Of a DNA stretch of 64,000 bases, positions 35,265 through 47,200 are shown one piece after another. The DNA lies in assembly GCA_013115145.1 (NCBI GenBank), contig JAAPAO010000041.1:1-64000 (forward strand), given 5' to 3'. Source of the stretch: Perkinsus chesapeaki ATCC PRA-425 (taxonomy: Eukaryota; Protista; Perkinsozoa). The notes under the pieces were generated by a model. It was given only the letters and a program-made list of their open reading frames with translations. It did not search any database and was not told the origin of the DNA. The number at the start of each line of letters is the position of its first letter. The first letter of the stretch is position 1. The position numbers and the translations under genes are program-made.

Positions 35265-36273
35265 ATGTCGGCTGAAGATGAGGGTAGTGAGGCGAGTGTG
35301 CTACAGCCGTTGACTGGGAACTACGCCGTCGATCAGCAGCAGCAGGTGGAGCTAGTCTGACGGCTTGGCAGTGGGACCTTGTGGTTATTAGGAGGACCGA
35401 TCTTCCTCGTTGCCCTTGCTGTGTGGTGGGTTTCTGCGACGGAGGGCCATCTATGATAACATCCCCTTCGCTCTGCGTATTGCTATCGGGATGGCAGCGG
35501 GAGCGATGGGACTCAATGGGTAAGGTGAGAGGGTATCTAATAATATGTAAATCTAATTAGATAAATAGGTCTGGTAATCGCTAGTCAGCGGATAGTCTCC
35601 TTGGAATAAATTGCCCAACTAACTTCTACTTCTGCAGCCAACGGTTATTCTCTCAGGATAATGCTGACCTTCTCGGACCATTTGGATTACACCATGCACG
35701 TCTTAGGAGTTTATATGACGGCGATGTCAGTGATAGTAACTACGGCAGAGTTCCTGCCCTTTGCTGTTGACACTTTAGTGCCGGTAAGGATTCAACTCAT
35801 TCAACTGTCAATGTCTGCTCGACCGCTACCGTCGAAACAACAACCTTGATCGCCTCCCATGCATAGCGTACACATGCCCTCGTGGATCCCCCTCCCAGAG
35901 GCCCCCTTTACCGGCCTGTGTCGTTTCAGTGGATGCCGTTCCTGAAGCACTATGGATCAAGAGCTGTAGTATACTCCCTAGCAGCCTTCCTATGTATGGG
36001 GGATGAGATGGGGTTTGTAGGTGGTAAGGGCTTCATAAGGAACTGTATAATATCGACTCTAATCTGGAGATTGCTCCCTCTGTTATAGGTAGACTGGCCG
36101 GAGTTCTGATGTTTATTGGGGCAGGGGCATCGTTTGCCTTTCATCGCCTCTACCCTGGTGCCTTGGACCATGCTCTGCGGCCGGGAAGGCCTCCCTCGGC
36201 TCTCCTTGCGGCAGAAGAGGGCAGCAGTGAGGGTATTGCCATGGGCCTTATAGGGGAGAATCCCTGTGCGTGA
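35265..36273 (+). CDS. Small multi-pass membrane protein, possibly COPI-associated/TVP15-like
   Basis: TM-like exons FALRIAIGMAAGAMG, MPFLKHYGSRAVVYSLAAFLCMG (resembles the PFL..GR..FY pattern), LAGVLMFIGAGASFAF; ends GENPCA* at 36271-36273. Confidence 0.45.
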
Positions 36274-36356
36274 TGCAGCGTTACGTTTCTACATTTGCAA
36301 TTCAGCAGCGGATCTTAGAGTTGAGTTGTGTATCTCAATATAAGGCACTGTTCTCA

Positions 36357-37272
36357 ATGACTGGTCATCAGCCTGGTAGGAAATCCAAGACTGGAGTCAG
36401 GCGATACCCTAGGTAGGCAGCTGAAGCGGCGGCGTTGAGCTAGCTATCTGGTGCTAAGGTTTGAGCTTCGCTCTGAGCATAAGGCAGAGTTGAAAGAGGC
36501 CTTTGACGTATTTGATAATGACGGGTCGGGTACTATCGACGTGAAGGACCTACGGGTGGGTCTAGGATGTAGGATTACCCTGCAGTGATGGTACACCAGG
36601 TAGTATTAAGAGCTTTGGGCTTCGAGCCCGATAAGGACGAACTGAAACGCTTAGTTGGTAATACTGAAGCGCTTTGCGACGCAAAGGTAGATTTGCCTAG
36701 GCAAGCACACTAGGCGTGCGCCGGTGGTATCAAGTGTGACTGAGGAGGAGCCTGCTACGGGCGAGAAGGAAGCGGAGAAACCTCAATCTCGAGGCCAGCA
36801 GCAGCAGCAAGGTCCATCGAAGCCTGTTACGCCACAGGCTCCCAATGAAGATAAGGTGGAGGAGAAGCCACAAGAGCAATCAGGGGAGCAAGAGGAGCTT
36901 ACGGAGGAACTTATCAGTGAGTGTAGGGGCCAACGTCTGGGAAGCAGTGGATGAGCAGGCACTCTGGACTTTAACGAATTTCTGGAGATAATGTTAGAAA
37001 AGATGACAGAAAAGGACAGTAAAGATGAAGTTCAAGAGGCGTTCTGTCTATTCAGAGGAGAATCCGGAAAGGTCTCGTATGACGACTTGAGGGCCGTGGC
37101 TGCCGACCTAGGTAAGAGAGGTAGGCTGAAGTAGTCCATGTAGATGGTAGGGGAACAAATAGCGGATGAAGAGCTGAATGAGATGATGCAAGAGGCGGAT
37201 AAGGATGAGGATGGGCTTGTCAGTGAGGAGGAGTTCATCCGGATTATTCTAAAGTGTGGAGGAGATTCTTAG
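36357..37272 (+). CDS. Centrin-like EF-hand protein with ~70 aa acidic insert
   Basis: [88 protein letters not shown]; TAG at 37270-37272. Confidence 0.9.
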
Positions 37273-37386
37273 CTCTGAGCATGCTACGCTGGCTGTGTTG
37301 CGTGAACTAAAACTATTGGTAGTGTTAAGTCAATCATTGGGTTGCTGCTGCTGCTGGTATCGTAGAGATCAACGTTATCTTTATAT

Positions 37387-38250
37387 ATGACCAGTGCGAC
37401 CGTGAGGCAGTGGTTGGCCATGGGAAGCGGCGTCGGAGAGGACAGTGATAAGGAGATTGAAGTCCTGAAGAACGATGATATCATAGCCAGATCCGCGAGG
37501 GGGTGGGCCACATAACTAAGCGAAGCGATCAGCTGCAGTTCAATAGGCTCCGGAGCTGTTGGTTCAATGAGTATGGTGAAGAGGAGGGCGAACAAGAAGA
37601 GAAGATAATAAAAGCCCTTACAGTGATTTGGCAAGCCTGTATGAAGTATGTCCGGCGGCAAGTATCCCTCGGTAAGATGATATCCTTACCAGTCCTCGGT
37701 GAGCCCCTCGTGTAGGGAGCCGAGTGTTCATGGGTATTCTAGGTACGGTTTTCACCAAGGAGGGTGTCCCTAGGGTGGCGTTTGCTGAGCAGCTTATATT
37801 GGACTACGGTCTTACGTATAAGCCAGGGGAGAGCCATTGCTTGGGATTGGTAATAAAGGCGTCGTGGATTTACCCAATCTCACTGAGTTATGCTGGTTGA
37901 GCGTTAGCGAATTGAGTAGAGAGTTTGACAGGAAATATGCTCCTCATAAGGAGAAGATCATCTTCTTTGTGGGCTCAACACTGACCATTCCTTTACGACT
38001 CTGTGTCGCCTGTATGGCAGACTTGCGATGACATTAGGCCGTACTGGACCCAGTCAGGGCCGTGGTGGCTTTATACGGTTTTGTAAGGCCTTTAGTAAGC
38101 CGACCGGCCAACTCATTTGCTTCTTGTCTATGATGATATAAGGCGAATCTGCACCCGACCATTTGAGTCGAGGCGTGATGAACATTAAATCTTTAGTAAT
38201 CTGAGACCAACACGACAATGCTTTACACGAGTCCCAGGCATCATGGAGTT
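37387..38250 (+). CDS. CCDC81-like (eukaryotic HU-fold) segment, possibly the N-terminus of the downstream dynein
   Basis: IWQACMKYVRRQVSLGKMISLPVLGTVF...PRVAFAEQLILDYGL...PISLSYA resembles, from recall, the CCDC81 HU-like pattern W....K....Q....K.V.IP..GTF; no clear stop or intergenic gap before the dynein tail exons. Confidence 0.45.
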
Positions 38251-38259
38251 ATGGTTTAG

Positions 38260-41200
38260 GTGGGACCAGCCACTCGTGTGGCTTATAGTGCAGTCGCTGA
38301 TAACAGCAGTCTCAAAGGGGACACAGCAGCCGTTAGTAGGGATATGGTAGAGGAGGGCTTGAAGGGTAACACCGTGCCGCTGCTGGTCTCGGCCTTGATC
38401 TCATATCCACCCTCAGCCATCTGCCAGGAGGCTGCCCAGGCTATGTCGATGTACCGCACAGATGTTGTCCTGGTGTTGGACGGCGTTGGTACCATCGAGT
38501 GCCGGAGTAAGGTTGTCGGGTAGTAAAATGGGGGATGGATTCGGTTATATAACTACAATAGGTTTACGCCTTCAACAGATTATGGTCCGTTACGAATCGC
38601 TCGAGAAAGTAGCGTCGCTTAGTTGCTCGGCAGAATGTGGACTCTCTGACCAGGTTCGGCTTTCATGGGGCCTGCTACACTAGCGACTCTGCAGCGAAAT
38701 CTCCGTCATCATAATGGTCAGAAAGCTGTTCGCTCACAGCCGGTAAACGGGGTCTCAGTAGCAGCTGCCGTCGAACGGGAATCTGTTCCGGAAAGGTTTC
38801 CGACAATTTACTCGGCGACGTGACCAGCAAGGAGTTCTCTGTTAAAGCAAGCTGCAGAGAGAGTAGCCAGTGATGGTCTTGTGTCTGACCTGCCCCACGT
38901 AGCAGATACATCAGCTCGAACAGTACCATCCCTGGATCTGCCTAAAACTTTCAGAGCTCGCCGATATGCCAAACCGGAAGGGCTGTGGTCGGCTAGGAGC
39001 CATCCACCAGAGTAGCAGCGACTGTTAGGAGGTCAAAGGGGATTACGGTATTAGGTTCCTGGACATGATTGATCTGTCCTCGCGAACTAGAGGGGCACCC
39101 TCACCGGAGGTTGACGGCCATACGTTTGCCACGTCTATTGTCGCTCGTATTGGGAGTAACTACAGCAGGCTATCAAGGCAAATGTAATATGAAACATCTA
39201 GCGGGTGGGCGTATGATGCGCAGGCTTCTGAGGTCTACCCGTTCTGGTGAAGGGATAGTCTGGATGCCAGGGAATGCAGGCCAACGGGGTGCCCTTATGG
39301 ACCTGCCACCCTTGACGGAGCGAGGTGGGCCATCCTGGAGGCGAGGACCACTGGTAGTGCCTGGTGGTTCAACGGGGATCGGGCGAGGGGTGTTGGCAGG
39401 TATTCGGCAGCCGAAGACTGTGGAGAGTAATGAGGTCTCTGGGGGTGACGGCAGAGGGATTGATGGAGGTCTATTTGAGGTAGACGATCGCTTGTGTTTT
39501 AGAGGAGGGCCTGCTGGAACGGTCAGATACACTCACTACCTCCACAGTGCTACACCCACTGGTTGCATCTGTCCTATAGGGCAGGGAAGAACTGAGCGGA
39601 TTGAAGCCAAGATTGGGTTGCGAGGAATTCGGAAATCAGCGGAGAGAAGTGATGAGATTGAAAAGGCACTCAGGCGAGGGGCTGGGCAGGGGACTTGGCT
39701 CGTCTTACGGAAATGTCCCCTTGGTGAGCTAACGATAGTGTTCCTAACACCGAGTAGCCCTCCCAGTAGCGTAATAAGTAACTGGATTACTCCTGGTATT
39801 GTCTAGCGCCTTCTATCTCAAGTGGGAACTGGGATGCTGTGCTGTCTCAGCTGTGGAGTGAAGTGGTGGCCGAATACGAGCTGGCAGTACGGCAATCAAT
39901 TGTTGACTATCTCTTGAAGGATTTGCAGATGCGGAGGAGTTGCCGAGTTAGTTTTGTGCCTGTTGTAAGCCAGCAACAGCAGAACTAGGAAGATATGTCT
40001 TATTAATCCACCAGGTTAGGCCACCATGGGGAGTGACTCCATATTGTGGTATAGAAGGGACTGCTGGTGAACCTCCACCGTGGTGGGAAGTGTCAGTGGG
40101 GGACATGTAGGTGTCACTCAATACTTTTGTATAGCACTTTACTGCATAGTAGGTTGGAGGCTATGGAGCATCGCTTGCGAGGGTACTTGGCACCGGCCCT
40201 ACTGGATATTCAGGGCATATGGTATGAGTCCTTCTCTGGCCTGACCCTCAGTGATGTTGGAAGTAAGCTCGTCTTGGTGGTGGCTGTCCAGGAGTGGTGT
40301 ATCAGATGCTACGTCTGAGGTGTTGCATACCGATGAGTTTCTACAGCGACAAAGCAAGGCACGGGAGGGGGCTCGGAAGCTTCTCGATGAGAGGTGGATG
40401 GGCCAAGTTGTGGAAGCCCTTAAACGTGACCGACCGCTGATGGGGTTACTGGAGGAAGCGGGTGCCGATCTGGGCATGCGAGATGGGGCGCTGGGCGCGG
40501 TGACGGCAATGTTGTCATCTCATATTCGACAGTGAGTGACAACGAAGGGGGACGCAGAGAGGCTGCTATCAGATTGGTGGAAGCATCGATCAAGAACTAC
40601 GTTGAATATATTATGTATCATACTTCCGCAGTGAGTGATGCAGTGCCAGTGGTATCACCAGAGCGTGCAGTGTGGGAGCTCCACGCCTATCAGCGAGACT
40701 TCCGTGACACCGTGGAGTAATGCATCCGCGGCGGACTGCTTCGGGAACACTTGCGCTTTTTAGCGGCCCTTTGCCGATTCCGCGTTCTCTATTGAAACTG
40801 AGGCTAGTTGCTGAAGGGAATGCAATAGCCTTCACTACTGAGCTTGACAAAGTGCCAACGTGGTTGGCGAATGTGGTCCCGTCTATGGTATCGGCAGTGA
40901 GAGGGCTGCCGAAGCCCGGTGGTAAAATACCAGTGAAGCTGGAGCAACCCGAAGGGGAGGAGGAGGCAAATGAGGACAGTAGGGCTGACAGGTCTCGTGG
41001 GATAGCGCATAATAAGGCAGATACCGTGGCTACCCATGAAGGCGGCGGCGGAGGTGAGCTGTGGTGTATGGAGGTTGATGAGGACCTAGTCGTGGAGGGC
41101 ATGGCTGTGATAGAAGCATCAGCAATGGTATGTGCTGAGAATGCAGAGAACATCGCTAGACTCTATGAGGGGTGAGGTTGTGGTGTATTGTAACTTGAAG

Positions 41201-44200
41201 GATGTCTTGAAGGTATGTCGATCTCTTATCGGAGCAGGAGAGGGTTTCTGAGTTCATGTCGGCAGTGCTAGGGGCTCGAGACCGTGGTGCCTTCTCTAGG
41301 AAGGTTAGACGGCTTCTGAAAGTTATGTCAGTGGTGGCTCAGATACGCAACTTGAGCAACGCGGAGGTCTCTCTCCTAGAGCAGTGTCCTTCTGTACTTG
41401 ACCTGCAGCTGTTCAGTATTGACTCTGGTGGGTTGCAGGAGGCTTTTGTGACCGCGGCTCGTGCTGGTAAGGAGGCCATGAGGGAGTCCGTGGCGCTGCG
41501 CAATAAGGAATACTGTATGCGCCTTGTGAAGGAGCTGGAAGGATATGCCGCTAGGATTGGAAAGAAGGCGACAAACGAGGCGGAGTTGGCGACCTTGGAA
41601 CTTACCATGCAGAGCCTCAGGGACGAGGAGTTGGGTCTCATGCTGGACGGTTTTCTAGAATGTCAGAGATGGCAGAACTTGCTCTTTGCGCTGGACTTGG
41701 TGGTGACTGCGGAGGACATGTCAGTGTTGCACCAGACAGCAGTGTGGCTTCGGAAGGTTTATCGACTTTGTGAAGAGCGAGAGGAGAGTGTACGAAAGGA
41801 GCGTGCGGGGCTCGAGGAGAAGTTTATAGCCGCACGGGGAGTATTTGAGATGGGGTTGAAGGAGGTCTATGAGGGTGTGGAGGCTGTAAGGGAACTCGGC
41901 AATATCAGACTGGTAGAGGATAACCTACGGCGTATCGTGACGGAGAGGGGTAAAGTAGATGAGGCTCTACTGGAGGCGATTAGGGTGAATGAGAAGGAGA
42001 AGCATTTGGGGATGAAGGCTAGTTCCTTTGATAAGCTGCAACAGGTGGGGTTATAACGGTGGAGTGATGATGACGAGCTCTGGTTGGTAGGCCGCAAAGA
42101 GGCTGGAGCCATGTGAGAAGCTGTGGGCATTAGCCCAACACTTCAATGGAGAATATCAGCAATGGACTCGGGGTCCGCTATTTTATCAGGAGCCAGGTTT
42201 GTTAGAGGAGTCCTCCTTGAAAATGCTCAACTCTGTTAATGGTCTATTGAACGTGTTCGATGGGGGATCCCCTCCGGGTAGGGTCGCCGAGGGCATCAAG
42301 TCACAGCTTGAGCAGTTCAGACAGCACATGCCTCTAATAAATGTCGGCAGTGATTCGCGTTGGTTTCGGGCCCACGGGTGACATCAGATACTGTGTTCAC
42401 GAACCCTTCAAGAGCGACACTGGGAGGAGATATCGAACGTTGTGGGCTTCCATATGGAGCCAGATGCCAGCTTCACCTGGTCAAGGGTATTGGACATGGA
42501 AGTTGGGAAGCACGTAAGAGAGTCGTTCTGCTATGTCGGTTTTACGGTGGCTTGCCAGTTGAGTACACTGGCAAGCATTAGCGCTAGAGCTGCGATAGAA
42601 TTCGGGGTAAAGGAGGCATTGGAGGATATGGAAGGGGAAGCAGGAGAGCTTACTTTTGAAGCTGCCCCTTCATCACTCTTTGGGAAGCCTTCCTTTGTAA
42701 GCATTGAGGTCGACTGCAGCGATGATGTTAAGTGAAGGTGCTGTCTACTGAGTCTTTGCGCAGTGCGAAGGATACTCTCGAAGACCATTTAATAAGAGTA
42801 GATGCTGAGGCCGGCAAGCTGACGGGCTCGACGGAAGGCTGTGGTCTCCTGGGGGATCTCGAGAAGCGGCGGGCTTGGACTTTAGCAGCTCGGACTCTTG
42901 TCGAGACGCTTGAGGAAGTGCAGGGTCGGTGGAGGGTGCTCCGTCACATCCTGGGCGGGAAGCGTGTTGAGGATATCGACGAGGTGGAACTTCCTGGATT
43001 CCAAGAGGAACATTTGGATATCTTTACCGAGGTAACGGCTGTGGCAGGAGTCGTGGTGTTAGTGCTGCAAATGACAGGTGGATGACTTCTGGAAAGATTT
43101 CCTATCGACCATTCACGATGCGCCTTCGAAAGTTGAAAGCTTACTGGCGGACAGCTTGTACATGGATGATCTTGAAACCACACAGAGGAGGAGTCAGGAG
43201 GTAGAGCGTTCCCTTTGCTTGGTCAGTGATTCTGCGGCCATAGGTATCCCCTGTCCTAGAGGAGTATCTTAATGTTAAACGATACCAATGTCCGAGGTTA
43301 TTCTTCCTGTATGGTGATTGTGAGCTCTCCAGCTTGCTGCAGAGTATCGAGGATGATCCGTCCATGGCACAGCACGTATGGATGCTCTTTCCGGGAGCGT
43401 TCGGGCTGGTAGTCCAGGAGGACGACATGAAGATGGTCGAAGGGCTTGAAGCAGCGGACGGTGCTCTCCTGCATTTTAGTGCTCCGGTTGCTATTGGCAG
43501 CGATGTGGCCGCCTTTGTAGAAGCCTTAACGGAGGCGATGCAAGAGGGTGTGCGATCTGCCATTGACAGGGTGATTGAGGGAAGGCCACCTGGTGAAGGG
43601 GAAAGCTGGGTGGAAGAGGAGCCGCTCCAAGCCATTGACTGTGGTCATGAAATAGGGTGGACCCGGCGTATTGGGGACATGCTGCATGCCGGGGAAACTG
43701 GGCCACTGCAGAGCTACTGTACAGAGCTAAGGGAAGAGCTGGACGGTTTGCTGTTGTTGCTGAAGGACCCTGCGATGCCAGCAGTTGCTCGTAAGAGGCT
43801 GGAGTCTATGGCTGTGATGGTGCTAGAACACCAGGAAGCCACCGAGGGTCTATGCAGTGCGGGCGATCGGCGGGACTTTATCTGGGAGTCTCGAATCAAG
43901 TACGTTGTTGATGCAGATGGTGAAGTGTGGGTGACAACATTGGGCCTGAGGCAACCGTATGGGTACGAGTACGTTGGGGAAGAGGGACGGCTGGTGATGA
44001 CGCCCCGAACACTGAAATGCTTTCAATCGGTGTTCCTGTCGATGGCGTCGTTTTGTGGCACGCTACTCAGTGGTCCATCGGGCAAGGGGTCGCTGGTCAG
44101 GGACATTTCTCGGGCCATGGGTCGCCCCGTTGTGGCAATTGCTTGCACAGAAGCAATGTCTTACGCTACTGTAGGGAGGGCACTAAAGGGGATGGCCGGT

Positions 44201-47200
44201 ACTGGCGCCCTATGCCTTCTCAAAGATATTGATCGAGTGAGCGTCAACGTGAGTTGCTGTGGCTGCTCGCTGTGTTAGGTCATTACTCCAGGTACTGTGT
44301 GCTGTAAGCGACTTCCTGATCCAACTGAGGAACGCTGCCGAGAGTGCTGATGATGTGATGTGCATCTCTGGTCTCAGTTTACGGATAGCGAGGACCTTTG
44401 GGTGCTTCGGGACAGCCTCTGCCCCACATACCCGTATTCGTGGCCAATTCCGTCCACTAGGGAGAGTTGAGCCCGACGCGGGGCGTATTGCTGAGGTTGG
44501 GCTGAGGATAGCAGGCTTTCCGCAAGCTGCATCTCGCCAGCTTGGTGACAGGATTTCGTCGGTGCTTCTGAGGTACAGGGAGTTGATGGGTTCTCATCGC
44601 CCTATTAGCGGTCTAGTGAGAATGATACTAGATAGACTTGCCGAGGGTACAGACGCAGCGGGGCTCAAGGGTGCAGTTGAAGATGTTGTTATACCGAGGA
44701 TAATGGAGAAGGGCGATATCGGTATCCTCCAAGGATATATCGACCGAGTGTTCAGCGACGTCGATGCTGACGGCAGGGTTACCGAGCCTACAGAGGATGC
44801 GGATGCCTTTTCGATGAAGGTGGAGGAGGTAGCAGAAGCTGTTCGCCACGGCCGGGGTGTGGTAGTCACTGGCCCGTCGTGCAGTGGCAAGAGCACAGTC
44901 GTTGCTGCGGCTGGGTCTGCCTTTGGCTTGTCGTCTAGTTTCATGGTACACATATGCGCCGGAGCCTATACAGTTCGGGAGATCCTTGGAGGCCCTGTGG
45001 ACGGCAAGTGCCAGGGAGATGGGCTCTTCGCTGCCTTGTTACGAGGTGCAAACGACACTCCAGGCTGGTTTATATTTGACGGTCCTTCGAGTGCTTCTGT
45101 AGAGAAGCTTTGTCCCGTACTGGACGCGGGTGTCCTCACACTTTCATCGGGGGATCGGATGCGTATTGACCCCGAGACCCGTCTGGTCCTAGAAATGCCG
45201 GAGCTCTATGGTGTCTCGCCGGGGTTACTTGCAAAATGTCCTGTAGTGGTCTTATCCCGGGAGCTCAGATGGGCGATGGTCGTTGAACGGTGGTGTCCGG
45301 AAGGGGAAGGCTCCTTTGTGCCGAATGAGATTAAGAAGGCTATTGTCTATCTTATGGGGGAGTTGGAGGCACTCCAGAATGCTGAAAATGGCATATTTGG
45401 TGGTGTACCACTGCATGTTGTGGCTGATAGAAGCTGCCACTTGGCACGTGCTATCGTTGACTCCGCCACTCAGTAAGGAGGGAATGCCTCGCAGGGGTTG
45501 GATTCCCCAACTCTGGCATTGCTGGTGCTTCAGAAACTCCCCAACCTTGTCGACAACCGAGGATGTTCGAGCTGACGCCGAGTTCATCAGCCGGGCAACC
45601 GTGTGAGGCTGAGTAGTGGCATCCCTGCTCATTCTACCGTGAGTTTAGGTATGCCACATTGTGCTCTCTCCACGGCTTCATAGACCCATCCTCTTCGGAC
45701 TGGCGACAGGCAGAGGAGGTCAGCGATGACTTCTCATCGGATCATCTCATTTGTGTAGGCCGTCCGCTCTCTGGTTGCTGTCGATGGTGAGGAGTTGCTG
45801 GAGATTCAGGGAATTCAGATGCAGCTGCCACCAGAGGGGTACCGCCGTGCTGAAGTTGAGTTGCTGTATAAGGCCCAGCCAGGCCCCTACTGGCGTACTT
45901 ACCCGCTCTGGGCTCTCCGGGATGGATACGGACCACAGAGGCATGCCCTCAAACAGTGCTAGATGGCGTCCTGTTGGCTCCTACACCTCTTCAAGCTACA
46001 GCGCTGGATTTGGTGTCTCGCTTATTGGCCACTGATGATCGGTGCCGCATTCTGCTGCGAGGGCCCCGAGGATCGGGCAAGTCGGCTGTCCTACGCGGCC
46101 TAGTTGCTAGACATGTTGGGGAGTGCAGCGCCAACAACAGGTGGATCGGCATAGCTATTCTGGGAGCTAAGCCTTATCAGGTCGGTAAAGAATATCGATG
46201 TCACCCGCGCGACCGACTCCTTGGTCATCCAGCGATGCCTAGAGGGAGGCATGTCTAGGCGAGCTCGAGGTGCTCCGTTGATCGGGTTTGAGGGAATGGC
46301 CGTCTTGAGGTAGATACGTTGGTGCCTGCTGATGGTGCCGAAGGAATGACTATTGTGATAGAGGATCTGCATCTCGCAAAAGAGGAGGATGGTGTCCGCT
46401 CTGCTGTGGAACTTTTGAGGACGGTACACGTGCCTTATCGGCTCGACTGGAGTACGGTTGATTGCAGGCCTCGAGCCACGGATGGATGGATAGATCGACG
46501 TGGTGTAAGTTAGAGGTGGAGGGTGACCTACAGTGGATAGTCACTATGACATCGCTGGTGTGCTGGAAGCAGGAAGCCCTTGTTGGCTTCGGAGTGCACA
46601 ATAGGCTGCTTAGCTGCTTCACCGCGGTAGCAGCATATTGGTGTCTATCGGAGAAGCGTTATGGCTAGGTTAACCTTCCCGACTTACCAGATTCCACATT
46701 AGAGTCCATTTATTGCAAAGTGCTCAGTAACGTGATAGCCCCTACAGATGGTATTGCTGAGATACCGCTTACGCACAGACCGACTCATTTTAAGATTCCT
46801 CTCATCACAGTGGCCATTTCGACTTTGCGGAAGTCATTCCTCGTATCGCCCAAATGTAATGGGGAACAGCAGTGCCATAAGGGAGCCATATTCCTCGCAG
46901 ATACCGTCAGCAAGGCTCCTTCATTGCAGAGAACGGTCTATGGCGTTACGAAGTCGGCCGCCTCGCCAAGGCCCTGAGCTACATGGCGGAGGGTGGCAGT
47001 GATGGTAGCCGAATCAAGCGTGACGTGCTACTGCGGGAAGTATGGGAGGACGCTGGCCTGGTGGCCACAGCGGACAGCGGTTCTGGAGGAGATGGGCCGG
47101 TTGATGCTGTGATAGATGGAAGTATTGAGATATTCGAAACTGTCGAGGAACTTCAACGAGAGATTCAAAACAGGATTGCTGGAGACGGTATTGCTTTGTG

